A stretch of DNA of 64,000 nt from Solirubrobacteraceae bacterium (lineage in GTDB: Bacteria > Actinomycetota > Thermoleophilia > Solirubrobacterales > Solirubrobacteraceae): assembly GCA_034664295.1 (NCBI GenBank), contig JAXDHV010000014.1:1-64000 (forward strand), in the 5' to 3' direction. The notes beneath the pieces were generated by a model that had not been told where the DNA came from, did not search any database, and worked only from the letters and a program-made list of their open reading frames with translations. Of the stretch, positions 1-8,777 are shown one piece after another. Position numbers and translations under genes: made by a program. Numbering within the stretch: the stretch's first letter is position 1; each line of letters opens with the position of its first letter.

Positions 1-1500
1 CTGATGGGAAATGACCGTTCAAGCCGCCGCCGGTTCGAGGGTGACGTGGTGGCCGAGCGCTTCGAGCTTGCAGACGAGGCGTTTGGTGGCGCGGGCGGGG
101 TCGCGACGCTGGAAGTAGTCGCCGCCGAGGTCGTTGTAGAGCTCGCCGTTGGTGAACATGTGCCAGTAGGCGATCAGGATCGAGTGCTTGACCGCGCCCA
201 GCGCGCGGCCGTGGCCGATGCGCGGCTTGAGACGCTGGTACTGCGCGGCGAGGTAGGCGTTTTTGCTGCGAATCGCGGCGAGGGCGGCTTCTTCGAGCGC
301 GATGCCGAGGAACTTCGAGCCTTTACGGGGGCGACCAGAGCGGCGTTTCCCCGCCGATTGGTCGTTGCCGGGGCAGCGCCCGGCCCAGCTCGCGAGGTGC
401 CGGGCGCTGGGGAACCTTGTCATGTCAGCGCCGATCTCAGCGACCATGACCTCGGCGGTGCGGGCGGCGACGCCGGTGATCGTGCTGGCCAGCGCCGGAC
501 GCTGGCCAGCCCGGTAGGGCCCAGCTCCTCCTCGATCGCCAGAGAGAGCCCGTCGATCTGCTCGTTGAGGAAATCGATGTGCGCGAGGATCGCCCCGATA
601 ATCAGCGCGTGGTGCGCCTCGAAGCGACCCTCGAGCGCCTCGCGCAACGCCGGGATCTTCGCGCGCAGCTTGCCCTTCGCGAGTTCAGCGAGCACCGCGG
701 CGTCGGTCGTGCCGGCAACGAGCGCGTCAAGCATCGCGCGACCCGACTTGCCGAGGATGTCCGACGCGACACAGTCAAGCTTGATCCCGGTGTCCTCAAG
801 CGCCTTGTGCAGCCGATTGGCCTCGCGCTGACGCTCAGCGATCTGCGTCTTGCGATACCGCGTCAACGCACGCAACCTCCGCTGCGGCTTGGGCGGCACG
901 AAACTCGCCCGCAGCAGACCGGCCTCCATCAGCTGGCAAAGCCATTGCGCGTCAGACACGTCAGTCTTGCGGCCCGGGACGTTCTTCACGTGCCGAGCGT
1001 TGACGAGCGTCAGCTCAAAGTCGTCTTCGAGGATGTGCCAGACGGGCTGCCAATACACGCCGGTGGCCTCCATCGCTACATGCGTGACCCCGAACGTCGC
1101 CAGCCACGCCGCCAACCCAAGCAGACCCCCGATCGTAGTGGCGAACTCCGCCAGATACGCCTCGCGGCGCCCCGACTCGTCCGGGACCCGCACGCACGCA
1201 GTTACCTGCGCCTTGTGAACGTCAAGCGCGCCGACGCGCTCAAAGATCGTCTCCATCGCTTCGCTCCTCCACGGTCGAGTCCACAGAGCGCCGCCCGGCG
1301 GGGCCTTCGAAACAGACGAGTCTGATGGTCGTGCTCAAAGCAACAGTCCGGGATCCCGGAGAAGGCCCCTGCACCAAACTAACCACGGGCACACAGGCAC
1401 CAAGTCGAAACGCGGCGTCAACAGGCGACCACCAGATCATCCCCCATTTCATCCGCCCGCGGATGTCCGCAGGACACGGCAACTAACCGCGATGTAGCTC
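1..1500 (-). mobile_element. IS110-family insertion sequence, partial at window edge, ends not definable
   Basis: Transposase ORFs 420..1256 and 19..447 (minus) match the IS110/IS116/IS902 transposase N-terminal DEDD domain and C-terminal domain (RFPSARHLASWAG motif). Lower-GC non-coding leader lies at 1257..1500. IS110 elements lack terminal inverted repeats, so boundaries are approximate. Confidence 0.6.
19..1256 (-). pseudogene. IS110-family transposase interrupted by a frameshift near 447-480
   Basis: The N-terminal part (METIFERVGALDVHK...ELGPTGLASV) and C-terminal part (ADMTRFPSARHLASWAGRCPGN...) are in different frames and overlap at 420-447. This is either a genuine frameshift or a sequencing error. 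Confidence 0.7.
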
Positions 1501-1527
1501 TCCTGACCCCGTCTCGAAAGGTCTCCG

Positions 1528-2751
1528 ATGCTCTTCTGGAATGTCCCGGCTCCCGACCAGGCGCTGCTGATCTCGGGATCGCGTCACAAGGACCCGTCGA
1601 CTCAGTTTCGGATCGTCACTGGTCACGGGTCGTTCGTGATGCCGATCAAGCAGAAGGCGCGCTTCCTCTCGCTCGCGCTGCGCGAGTCTGAGGTCAGCGA
1701 GGACTGCGTGACGAGTCAGGGGATTCCCCTCCAGCTGATCGCGGTCGCATTCTTCAAGGTCGGTGACGACGCCGCGTCGATCGCCAACGCCGCCCGGCGG
1801 TTCCTCGACGAGCAGGGCCGGATGGAGGAGCTCTGTGGGCGGATCTTCGCCGGGCACCTGCGGTCGATCGTCGGGGCGCTGACGGTCGAGCAGATCATCC
1901 GCGAGCGCGACCGGGTTGCCACGGAGGTCAGAGAGGGCTCGCAGCCGGAGATGGAGAAGCTCGGGATCGTCGTCGACGGCTTCCAGATCCAGGAGATCGT
2001 CGATCCGTCCGGCTACATCCAAAACCTCGCGGCGCCCCATGCCGCGGCTGTCGCCAGTCAGGCCCGGATCGCGGCGGCCGAGCGCGACCAGGAGGCGTCC
2101 GAGAAGGAGCAGCAGGCCGAGCGCGCGAAGGCCGGCTTCGCGCGTGAGACGTCGATTCAAAAGGCCAGGATCGCAGCCGAGGTCCAGCAGGCCCAGGCCG
2201 AGACCGCCCAGGCCGGCCCGCTGGCGCAGGCGCGGGCGTCCCAGCAGGTGATCGCCGAGCAGACGACGTTGGCCGAGCGGAACGGGGCGCTCAAGGAGAG
2301 GCAGCTGGAGGTCGAGGTCCGACGGCCGGCCGACGCCGAGGCCTACCGGCAAAAGACGCTGGCCGCGGCCGCGCTGGAGACGACCAAGCTCGAGGCCGAC
2401 GGTGAGGCCTACGCTGCGTTGACGACCGCGGAGGCCGACGCCAAGGCGATCACTGCCCGGGCGGGCGCCCTCTCAGGCGAGAACCAGCGGTTGATCGCCG
2501 CGAACACGCTTGTCGAGATGCTCCCCGAACTCGTCGCCGCGGCCGCCCAGGGAATCGAGGGGACCCAGCTGACGATCCTCAACGGAGCCCAGGGCCTCAC
2601 CGATTTCACGTCCGGGCTGGCGGCCGAGGGCCTGACGATCTACGACGCCCTGAGACGGAGCCTCGCGGCCGTCACGGCGCCGGATCGGCCGGGCGCCAAC
2701 TCGGCAGCGCCGCCGTCGCGGGCTACCGTCAGCACCAAGGCGACGGCCTGA
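1528..2751 (+). CDS. flotillin / SPFH (band-7) domain protein, N-terminally short
   Basis: A 407-aa ORF has the SPFH core (PDQALLISG, IVTGHGSFVMPI) followed by a long coiled-coil EA-rich flotillin tail. An in-frame stop at 1495 leaves no room for the usual N-terminal membrane hairpin. Confidence 0.8.
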   Translation: MLFWNVPAPDQALLISGSRHKDPSTQFRIVTGHGSFVMPIKQKARFLSLALRESEVSEDCVTSQGIPLQLIAVAFFKVGDDAASIANAARRFLDEQGRMEELCGRIFAGHLRSIVGALTVEQIIRERDRVATEVREGSQPEMEKLGIVVDGFQIQEIVDPSGYIQNLAAPHAAAVASQARIAAAERDQEASEKEQQAERAKAGFARETSIQKARIAAEVQQAQAETAQAGPLAQARASQQVIAEQTTLAERNGALKERQLEVEVRRPADAEAYRQKTLAAAALETTKLEADGEAYAALTTAEADAKAITARAGALSGENQRLIAANTLVEMLPELVAAAAQGIEGTQLTILNGAQGLTDFTSGLAAEGLTIYDALRRSLAAVTAPDRPGANSAAPPSRATVSTKATA

Positions 2752-2798
2752 AGGCCGGTGCCCGGGTCCCTGTCACCAGCCGAGCCGGCCGGCCGGCC

Positions 2799-3488
2799 TC
2801 AGCTTCCGGCGCACAAGGGTGTCGGGTCGGGCAGCGTCGGGGAGGTGGTGAGCGGCCCGAAACGCGTGACCAGCTTGAGTCGGTTGGCGCCCGGACCGGT
2901 CGTCAGGGAGGTGATCCGGGAGATCAGGTGGGTTGTCGTGTTGATGATGTCGTGCTCGGTGTAGCGGCTGCCGTGCGAGCTGGCCGTGCCCTTGAGGTCG
3001 ACGGTCGAGCCGTGACGGGCTGCGATCGAGAGATGCTCTCCGCGATAGCTGACGAACTGGTCGGGTAGCGAACCGCCGCCCACACGGACGCGCGACCAGC
3101 AGGCCGCGGTTGAGAGTCGCATGTATGTCGTCAGATGCGACGAGGTACTCGCGCGCTTCGAGAGAGATTCGAGTGACGGCATCCCCGGCGCGGTCGTGGT
3201 CTCGTCGAGGCCGAGCTCGGCACCGCCGGACAGGAGAGCAATATCGTGCTGGTGCGCCTGGCGATAGCAACTGCGGTGCTTGGGGTCGAGCCGGGAGGGC
3301 GAGCCCATGATCGTTGAGTTCGTCTGGCCCTTCACGCAGAGAAAGATGTCCCCCGAAAGTTCCGCGGTCGTTCCACCGACCGCTGTCCTGTAGGTGTGCA
3401 CGACGGCGCTCGCGACGGCGTTGGCGCTCGGCCCGCCCGCCGCAGCGGCCGCGGCAAGACCGCCGCCGACGGTTTGGGAGTCGGTCAC
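2799..3488 (-). CDS. hypothetical protein; possible C-terminal half of a purple-acid-phosphatase-like metallophosphoesterase
   Basis: Real-looking codon usage with lower local GC. AVVHTY and AHQHD resemble PAP motifs IV (VxxH) and V (GHxH). The start is set at GTG 3488; an ATG at 3557 would overlap the divergent sigma gene. Confidence 0.4.
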   Translation of the reverse strand: MTDSQTVGGGLAAAAAAGGPSANAVASAVVHTYRTAVGGTTAELSGDIFLCVKGQTNSTIMGSPSRLDPKHRSCYRQAHQHDIALLSGGAELGLDETTTAPGMPSLESLSKRASTSSHLTTYMRLSTAACWSRVRVGGGSLPDQFVSYRGEHLSIAARHGSTVDLKGTASSHGSRYTEHDIINTTTHLISRITSLTTGPGANRLKLVTRFGPLTTSPTLPDPTPLCAGS

Positions 3489-3499
3489 AGTTTCGCGCG

Positions 3500-3960
3500 A
3501 TGTCCGGCATGGGAGGTGTGCGCTTCGATGACCGTGATGACGAGGACCTCTTGGCAATGGTCGCTGATCGTCCGGAGGCGTTCGCGGCGTTATATCGTCG
3601 CTACGAGCGGACGATCCTCTCGTTCCTGGTGCGGCGCGTGCCGAGCGCCGATATCGCGGCGGACCTGCATCTCGAGGTGTTCGCGGCCGCGCTGGGCGGG
3701 CTCCGCGACGGCCGCGGGCCGAGGGGCTCGGTAGCCGCGTGGTTGTTCGGTATCGCTCGCCACAAGATCGCCGACAGCTACCGTCGGGGCAAGGTCGAGA
3801 CGGCCGCGCGGCACGCGCTGGCGATGCAGCCGGTGACGCTCGAGGACGAGGACCTCAAGCGCATCGAGATGCTCCGCGGGCCGCCAGAGATCTTGGGGTG
3901 GCTTGAGGATCTACCGGCCGATCAGCGCGATGCGGTCGTGGCGATCGTCGATGAACGCGC
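3500..3960 (+). pseudogene. ECF (sigma-70 family) sigma factor, 3' truncated
   Basis: Region 2 (DEDLLAMVADRPEAFAALYRRYERTILSFLVRR) and the start of region 4 (LEDLPADQRDAVVAIVDE) are present. The region-4 helix-turn-helix is absent in all frames downstream, and the ORF then runs on as low-complexity sequence to 4327. Confidence 0.5.
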
Positions 3961-4440
3961 CGAACTGGATGTCGATGCCCCACAGCCACCAGCCGTTGGG
4001 GAGCCCGAGCGCGAAGTAGCTGCGCCGCTCGCGTGTTCTCCACCCTCCGATCCACCGGCCGCGACAGAAGATGCTCGTGAAGTGGACCAGCCCGTCATTC
4101 CAATCGTGACTTCCCGGGATCGCGAAAAGCTCGGGGGCCTCGGCGGGAACGCACGGAAGGGCGTCCCGGTACGTCCGAGCATGCGGTTCTCGTACTCCAC
4201 GGCCTTGGGCACCCGATACACCGCGTCGCCGCCCATCACGAGGATCCGCCCCCGCGCGGTCTGGTGCGTCTCGCCGTCCCAGTCAAGCTCGACTTCCTCG
4301 GTCGCCAGGAGCCGGGCCGCGGTGTAGGTCGAGTTCCACCCGTCCCCGAGATCGGCCACATAGTCGAGCCAGAGCTCTGTCTGCCCGGAGCGGTCCGCGA
4401 CCTCGGCCGGCTCACGCGCCTGCAACTCCCGGCTGATCGG
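3920..4440 (-). pseudogene. purple-acid-phosphatase-like metallophosphoesterase fragment (motifs I-III), frameshifted
   Basis: Minus-strand translation gives DLGDGW (GDxG), GGDAVYRV (GDxxY) and IPGSHDW (GNHD-like) in order. A 1-nt frameshift sits in a C5 run near 4165, and there is no N-terminal region and no motif IV/V. It abuts and overlaps the sigma fragment. Confidence 0.45.
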
Positions 4441-4574
4441 AAGCGACGGACGGGCGAACCGGACACGGCCGGGGCGCGTCTCCAGGACCCGCAGCTGTCT
4501 CGGCGATGCCTGCCAGTCTTGCAGCGGGCGTGCCCGATCTCCCGAGAACCGCCTCGGGCCGCCTCGGCCCGGGC

Positions 4575-6572
4575 TCACCGGTAGACGTCGACGTACGGGT
4601 CCGCGAACTCCGGCTTGACGCCGGCGAGACAGGCCGACAGCCTGGTGAACACCGGCGTGACCGGCTCCCCCTGGAGGACGACCGTCTCCCGGCCGAGACG
4701 GGCCCGCAGCCCCGCGCAGGTCTCGCCGCTGCCGATCAGCGACAGCGGGTGGTCGAGGTGGTCCCCCCGGAGCATCACCACGGTCGCCGGGCCGGCCGCG
4801 ATCCCCGCCGACCCGGCGCCGAGGCCGGGCAGTCCGGCCTTCAGGACCGGACCGTCGATCTCGCCGGTTGACGCGTGACGGGCGACGTATCCGTCGCTCG
4901 CGACCGCCAGGCCGACCGCGCACGCCCCGGCCGCGACGACCGCCGCCAGGACGGATCGCGCCGCAGATCGCCCGGCGAGGCGCCTCGCAGATGGGGTGCT
5001 CCCGGCTGCGCTGCCCCCGGCCGGGCGGCCGCTCCCGGATCGGCTGCCTGCCGCTGTGGCTCTCACGGCCAAGCGGGCCAACGCGACAACCGCAAGCCCG
5101 CAGAGCAGGCCGAGAAGCAGCGGCCCCGGCCCCGGGACGAACTGGTGGCCGAGCTTGTCGGTCCTGAAGACAGACCAGCCGATCGACCCGACCAGGACCG
5201 CGTCGACTCCCAGGCGCAGCCCCCGCCCCGCGCCGCCGGCCGACAGCGCCAGGGCGAGCGTGGCGGCGGCGATCGCCGGCAGCAGGTAGCGGGTCGCCCC
5301 CGCCGCGAAGTCGCCCCCGTCGATCCCCGTGTACGGGGCCGCGCCCCAGGCGACGAGTGCGACCCCGGCGACCCCGGCGACGGTCAGGGCCCGGCGCGAG
5401 CGGCGCAGCACAGGGACCGCGAGGCCACCGGCGAGCAGGACGAGGCCGCCGGCCATCGTCTGCAGGTAGTCGCTCCCGTGGGCGGCGATCAGGCCCCGCG
5501 GGTGGCTGAGGAAGCTCGGCTCGAGCCCGACCAGCGACGCCTGGACCGGCGTCCCCCAGGGCGCCGCCTCGAGCGGCCAGAACGGCGACCCGTGGACGAT
5601 CAGGTCCCGCAGCGACCAGACGCCCCCGACCGCGATCGCGACCACCAAGCTGACGACGAGCCGGATCCGGTCGTCCCGGAAGGCTGCTGCCAGCGGCCGA
5701 CGGGCCATCACGGCGAGGCCGACGATCAGGATGCCCGGGGTCGTCTTGGTCCCGAGGCACAGGCCCCCGGCGATCACCGCCGGACCGATCAGGCCCGGCC
5801 GCTCCCGGGCGGCGCTCGCCAGCGCCGCGCAGACCGCGAGCCACGCGAGGGCCGCGATGTCGGTGTCAGGGCCGCAGAGCTGGGCTACGACCAGCGGGAG
5901 GACGCAGATCGCGACGACCGCGAGCGTCCGTTCGACAACCAGGACGCCGAGGTTCCGCAGGGCGACCCAGGCGCCGGTGGCCAGGACGGCGAGCAGCACG
6001 ACCGACCAGATCGAACCGACGACCCAGCTCCGCGAGAGGCCGAGCCCCCACGAGACGAGCACCTCGTTGGTGACCGGGTAGTTGGCGACCGCCAGGCCGT
6101 CGAGGATCTCGACGATGCTCCCCGGCCGGCCGTTCTGGACCCAGGCCGACGCGATTGGCAGGTGGTAGATCAACCCGTCCCCGCCGATCAGCGGCCGCCG
6201 CAGCTGCCAGACGATCCACGCGACCCCGAGACCGCCCAGGCCGCCGACCACGCCGACCGTCCGGACGGCGGCGCTCGCCAGCCACCCGGCGATCGCCCCT
6301 CCGATCGAGACCGCCGGGCGCTCGACCAGCACAAGCGTCGCCGCCCACGTCGCGACCGCCGCGACGCCGAGTGCCGCGCTCGATCCGCCCAGCCCGAACA
6401 GCCCCAGCCCGAGCGACTCGCAGACGGCCGCCGCGCACGCGAGCGTGAAGCCGACCAGCAGGCGCTCGAGCGTCCGCCCGCCGAGCACCGAGGCGACCCG
6501 CCAGGCGCCCGCGCCGAGGGCGAGGACCGCGACCACGAGGAGTCCGTGGTGCGCCAGGACCCCGGCGCTCAC
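4575..6572 (-). CDS. large polytopic membrane protein, putative GT-C-fold glycosyltransferase (paralog 1)
   Basis: About 665 aa with more than 12 hydrophobic segments. Conserved blocks shared with the paralog at 20396..22372 are YHLP, AWVQNGRPGS, YPVTNEV, GTKTT, SPFWP and LEPSFLSHP. The GTG start was chosen by alignment with the paralog's N-terminus. Confidence 0.55.
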   Translation of the reverse strand: MSAGVLAHHGLLVVAVLALGAGAWRVASVLGGRTLERLLVGFTLACAAAVCESLGLGLFGLGGSSAALGVAAVATWAATLVLVERPAVSIGGAIAGWLASAAVRTVGVVGGLGGLGVAWIVWQLRRPLIGGDGLIYHLPIASAWVQNGRPGSIVEILDGLAVANYPVTNEVLVSWGLGLSRSWVVGSIWSVVLLAVLATGAWVALRNLGVLVVERTLAVVAICVLPLVVAQLCGPDTDIAALAWLAVCAALASAARERPGLIGPAVIAGGLCLGTKTTPGILIVGLAVMARRPLAAAFRDDRIRLVVSLVVAIAVGGVWSLRDLIVHGSPFWPLEAAPWGTPVQASLVGLEPSFLSHPRGLIAAHGSDYLQTMAGGLVLLAGGLAVPVLRRSRRALTVAGVAGVALVAWGAAPYTGIDGGDFAAGATRYLLPAIAAATLALALSAGGAGRGLRLGVDAVLVGSIGWSVFRTDKLGHQFVPGPGPLLLGLLCGLAVVALARLAVRATAAGSRSGSGRPAGGSAAGSTPSARRLAGRSAARSVLAAVVAAGACAVGLAVASDGYVARHASTGEIDGPVLKAGLPGLGAGSAGIAAGPATVVMLRGDHLDHPLSLIGSGETCAGLRARLGRETVVLQGEPVTPVFTRLSACLAGVKPEFADPYVDVYR

Positions 6573-6612
6573 GCCGAGCGCCCGATCACGTCGACCCGGC
6601 GACCCGCGGTCC

Positions 6613-7743
6613 TCATCGCCCGAGCAGCTCCCGATAGAGCTCCACGTACGCCTCGGTGCACCGATCGGTCGAGAACCTTCCCGCCCGCGCCCGGCAGGCA
6701 GCGCTCGTCCCCGGGTCCCCGGCCAGCTCGAGCACCTCGAGCAGGGCCCGGGCCAGCGCCCCCGGGTCGTCGCCGTCGAACAGCCGGCCGATCTCCGGCC
6801 GGTCGACGATCTCCGGGATCCCCCCGTCGTTCGAACCGACGACCGGCGTCCCGCAGGCCAGCGACTCGGCCAGGACCAGCCCGAAGGCCTCGTCGCGGGA
6901 CGGGAGCGCCGTGACCCATGCGCTCGCATACGCCCGGCTCAAGACGGCCCGGTCGTCGAGCTCGGCGAGCTCGATCCCCTCGCCCACCGGTGCCGCCGCG
7001 ACGCCCTCCGGGGTCGACGGGCGGCTGAGGACCAGGCGGGCGTCCGGTCGGTCGCGCCGCAGGATCTCGAACGCCTCGACCAGCAGCCCGACCCGTTTGC
7101 GCGGCCGGTCGATCGCCGCCGCGCAGACGATCGTCGGCTGCTGCGCCCGCGGCCCTGCCGGCGCGAACGCCTCGAGGTCGACCCCCGGCGCGATCACCCG
7201 CGGCGTGACACCCAGCCACCGCTCGAACGCCGCGGCCGAGAACCGGCTCAACGCGACGACCGCACCCGAGCCGGCGATCACCCGCTGGAGGATCTCGACC
7301 CTCCGCCGCCGGCTGGCCAGCCCCTGGCGGTGGGGGATCCCCATGTGCGAGAAGACGACCGGCCGCCCGGTCCGCTCGCCCCACCGGACGGCCGCCAGGC
7401 CGTCGGTCGGATACAGCGCGTGGGCGATCTCGTCGTCACCGGCCCGGAGCGCCGCATACGAGAACGGGACGTGCGTCAGGTGGTCCTCGTAGACCCGGCG
7501 GCGCAGCCGGCCGTCGGGTGGGCGCCAGACCCGGACGACCTCCAGGCCGTCCTCGACCTTCCGCGACGGCCGGCCGCGAACGCTGGTGATCAGGCGGGGC
7601 GAGTGCCCCCGGGCGAGCAGCCCGTCGGCCAGCTCGCGGGCGAAGCGCTCGGATCCCCGGCGGACCTCCGGCCAGTAGCACGGGTTCAACAGCGCGACCC
7701 GCAGCCCCGCCGGCCCGGCGTCTCCCCCGTCTGGCCGGCTCAC
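6613..7743 (-). CDS. GT4-family glycosyltransferase (glycosyl transferases group 1)
   Basis: C-terminal EAFGLVLAESLACGTPVVGSNDGGIPE motif. The GTG start overlaps the upstream gene's stop (GTGA). Confidence 0.8.
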   Translation of the reverse strand: MSRPDGGDAGPAGLRVALLNPCYWPEVRRGSERFARELADGLLARGHSPRLITSVRGRPSRKVEDGLEVVRVWRPPDGRLRRRVYEDHLTHVPFSYAALRAGDDEIAHALYPTDGLAAVRWGERTGRPVVFSHMGIPHRQGLASRRRRVEILQRVIAGSGAVVALSRFSAAAFERWLGVTPRVIAPGVDLEAFAPAGPRAQQPTIVCAAAIDRPRKRVGLLVEAFEILRRDRPDARLVLSRPSTPEGVAAAPVGEGIELAELDDRAVLSRAYASAWVTALPSRDEAFGLVLAESLACGTPVVGSNDGGIPEIVDRPEIGRLFDGDDPGALARALLEVLELAGDPGTSAACRARAGRFSTDRCTEAYVELYRELLGR

Positions 7744-8777
7744 AGGAAGACGGTCCGGTGACGGACGCTCCCGGCGGCCATCCCGGCGACCTCGACCACG
7801 TCGAGCGCCAGCGCGACCGGCAGCTCGCTGACCGCCCTGATCCGACCCCGCGGCGACGGGCCGTACGACGGCATCGCCTCGAGCGCCCACGGGACGGCCG
7901 CCAGCGCGCCGAGCACCGGCCGCTTGGTCATCCAGCCGACTGCCGCGCCGGCCACCGCCAGGGCAAGCCGAGCATGGCGGGGCTTCCAGAACCAGCCGCC
8001 GCCGGCGGCCGCCCGCCGGAGCTCGGGGTGGGCGGCGACGACGCCCGGGAGGTCGCGCCAGCGCCAGGCGGCCCTGAACACGCCCCGCAGGGAGACCTCG
8101 TCGACCGCGTGGTAGGTCACCACCTCCGGCGCCCCGACATAGGCGACCCCGGTCGCCCGCGCCCGGCAGGCCAGCTCGACATCCTCGACCCAGTCGAGCT
8201 CGTCGTCGAAGCCGCCGAGCGCCTCGAGGACCGTCCGCGGGTAGACGATGTTGCACGTCTGCGACCAGAGGACCGGCGGATCGATCTCCTGCGAGCGCAT
8301 CCGCGGACCCGCGTGGAGGACCCCCAGCTCGTCGGGATCCGGCCGCGTCGCACCCTGGACGATGGCCCCCGGGCTGGCCCGGGCCGCCGCGAGCGCCGCG
8401 GCGAGCCACTCGGCCGGCGGCCGGCAGTCGTCGTCGGTGAAGGCGATCAACGCCGCCGCGGACGCCCGCCAGGCGATGTTGCGCTTGATCGCCGGCCCGT
8501 GACCGGCCGGAGCCCTCAGCTCCCGGAGGAGACCCGCCCGCGCCAGGGGGTGGGTTTGCAAGAGCTCGCTCGTCTCGGGTCCGCGGCTGTCGTGGCAGAC
8601 GAGGACCTCCCACTCCCCCCGGTCGAGCGTCTGGTCCTCGAGGGCGTTCAGCAGCCACCGCAGCCGCAGCGGCCGATCGTGAGACGGCACGACCACCGCG
8701 ATCGCCGGTCCGTCTCCCGCATCGCGAACGCCGTTCGGGCGAACGGCGTTCGAGCGAACGGCGTTCGAGCGACTCAT
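7740..8777 (-). CDS. GT2-family glycosyltransferase
   Basis: VVVPSHDRP and IAFTDDDC (DxD) motifs. The ATG start overlaps the upstream stop (ATGA). The N-terminus carries three SNAVR-type pentapeptide repeats encoded by 15-bp tandem repeats. Confidence 0.8.
   Translation of the reverse strand: MSRSNAVRSNAVRPNGVRDAGDGPAIAVVVPSHDRPLRLRWLLNALEDQTLDRGEWEVLVCHDSRGPETSELLQTHPLARAGLLRELRAPAGHGPAIKRNIAWRASAAALIAFTDDDCRPPAEWLAAALAAARASPGAIVQGATRPDPDELGVLHAGPRMRSQEIDPPVLWSQTCNIVYPRTVLEALGGFDDELDWVEDVELACRARATGVAYVGAPEVVTYHAVDEVSLRGVFRAAWRWRDLPGVVAAHPELRRAAAGGGWFWKPRHARLALAVAGAAVGWMTKRPVLGALAAVPWALEAMPSYGPSPRGRIRAVSELPVALALDVVEVAGMAAGSVRHRTVFL
8726..8770. repeat. 15-bp tandem repeat x3 (GAACGSCGTTCGRGC), each unit containing a GAACG/CGTTC mini-palindrome
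   Basis: gaacgccgttcgggc gaacggcgttcgagc gaacggcgttcgagc lies immediately 3' (on the plus strand) of the GT2 start. It encodes (SNAVR)-type repeats at the GT2 N-terminus. Confidence 0.7.

Noticed and set aside
3922-6929. Very long ORFs on both strands (3922..5844 minus, 4875..6914 plus, 6445..7761 plus, 6569..7384 minus and similar) overlapping the GT-C and GT4 genes
   Set aside because: Their composition is dominated by Arg, Pro, Gly and Ala runs typical of out-of-frame or antisense translation of 70%-GC coding DNA. They have no family resemblance and overlap genes with clear homology and coupling.
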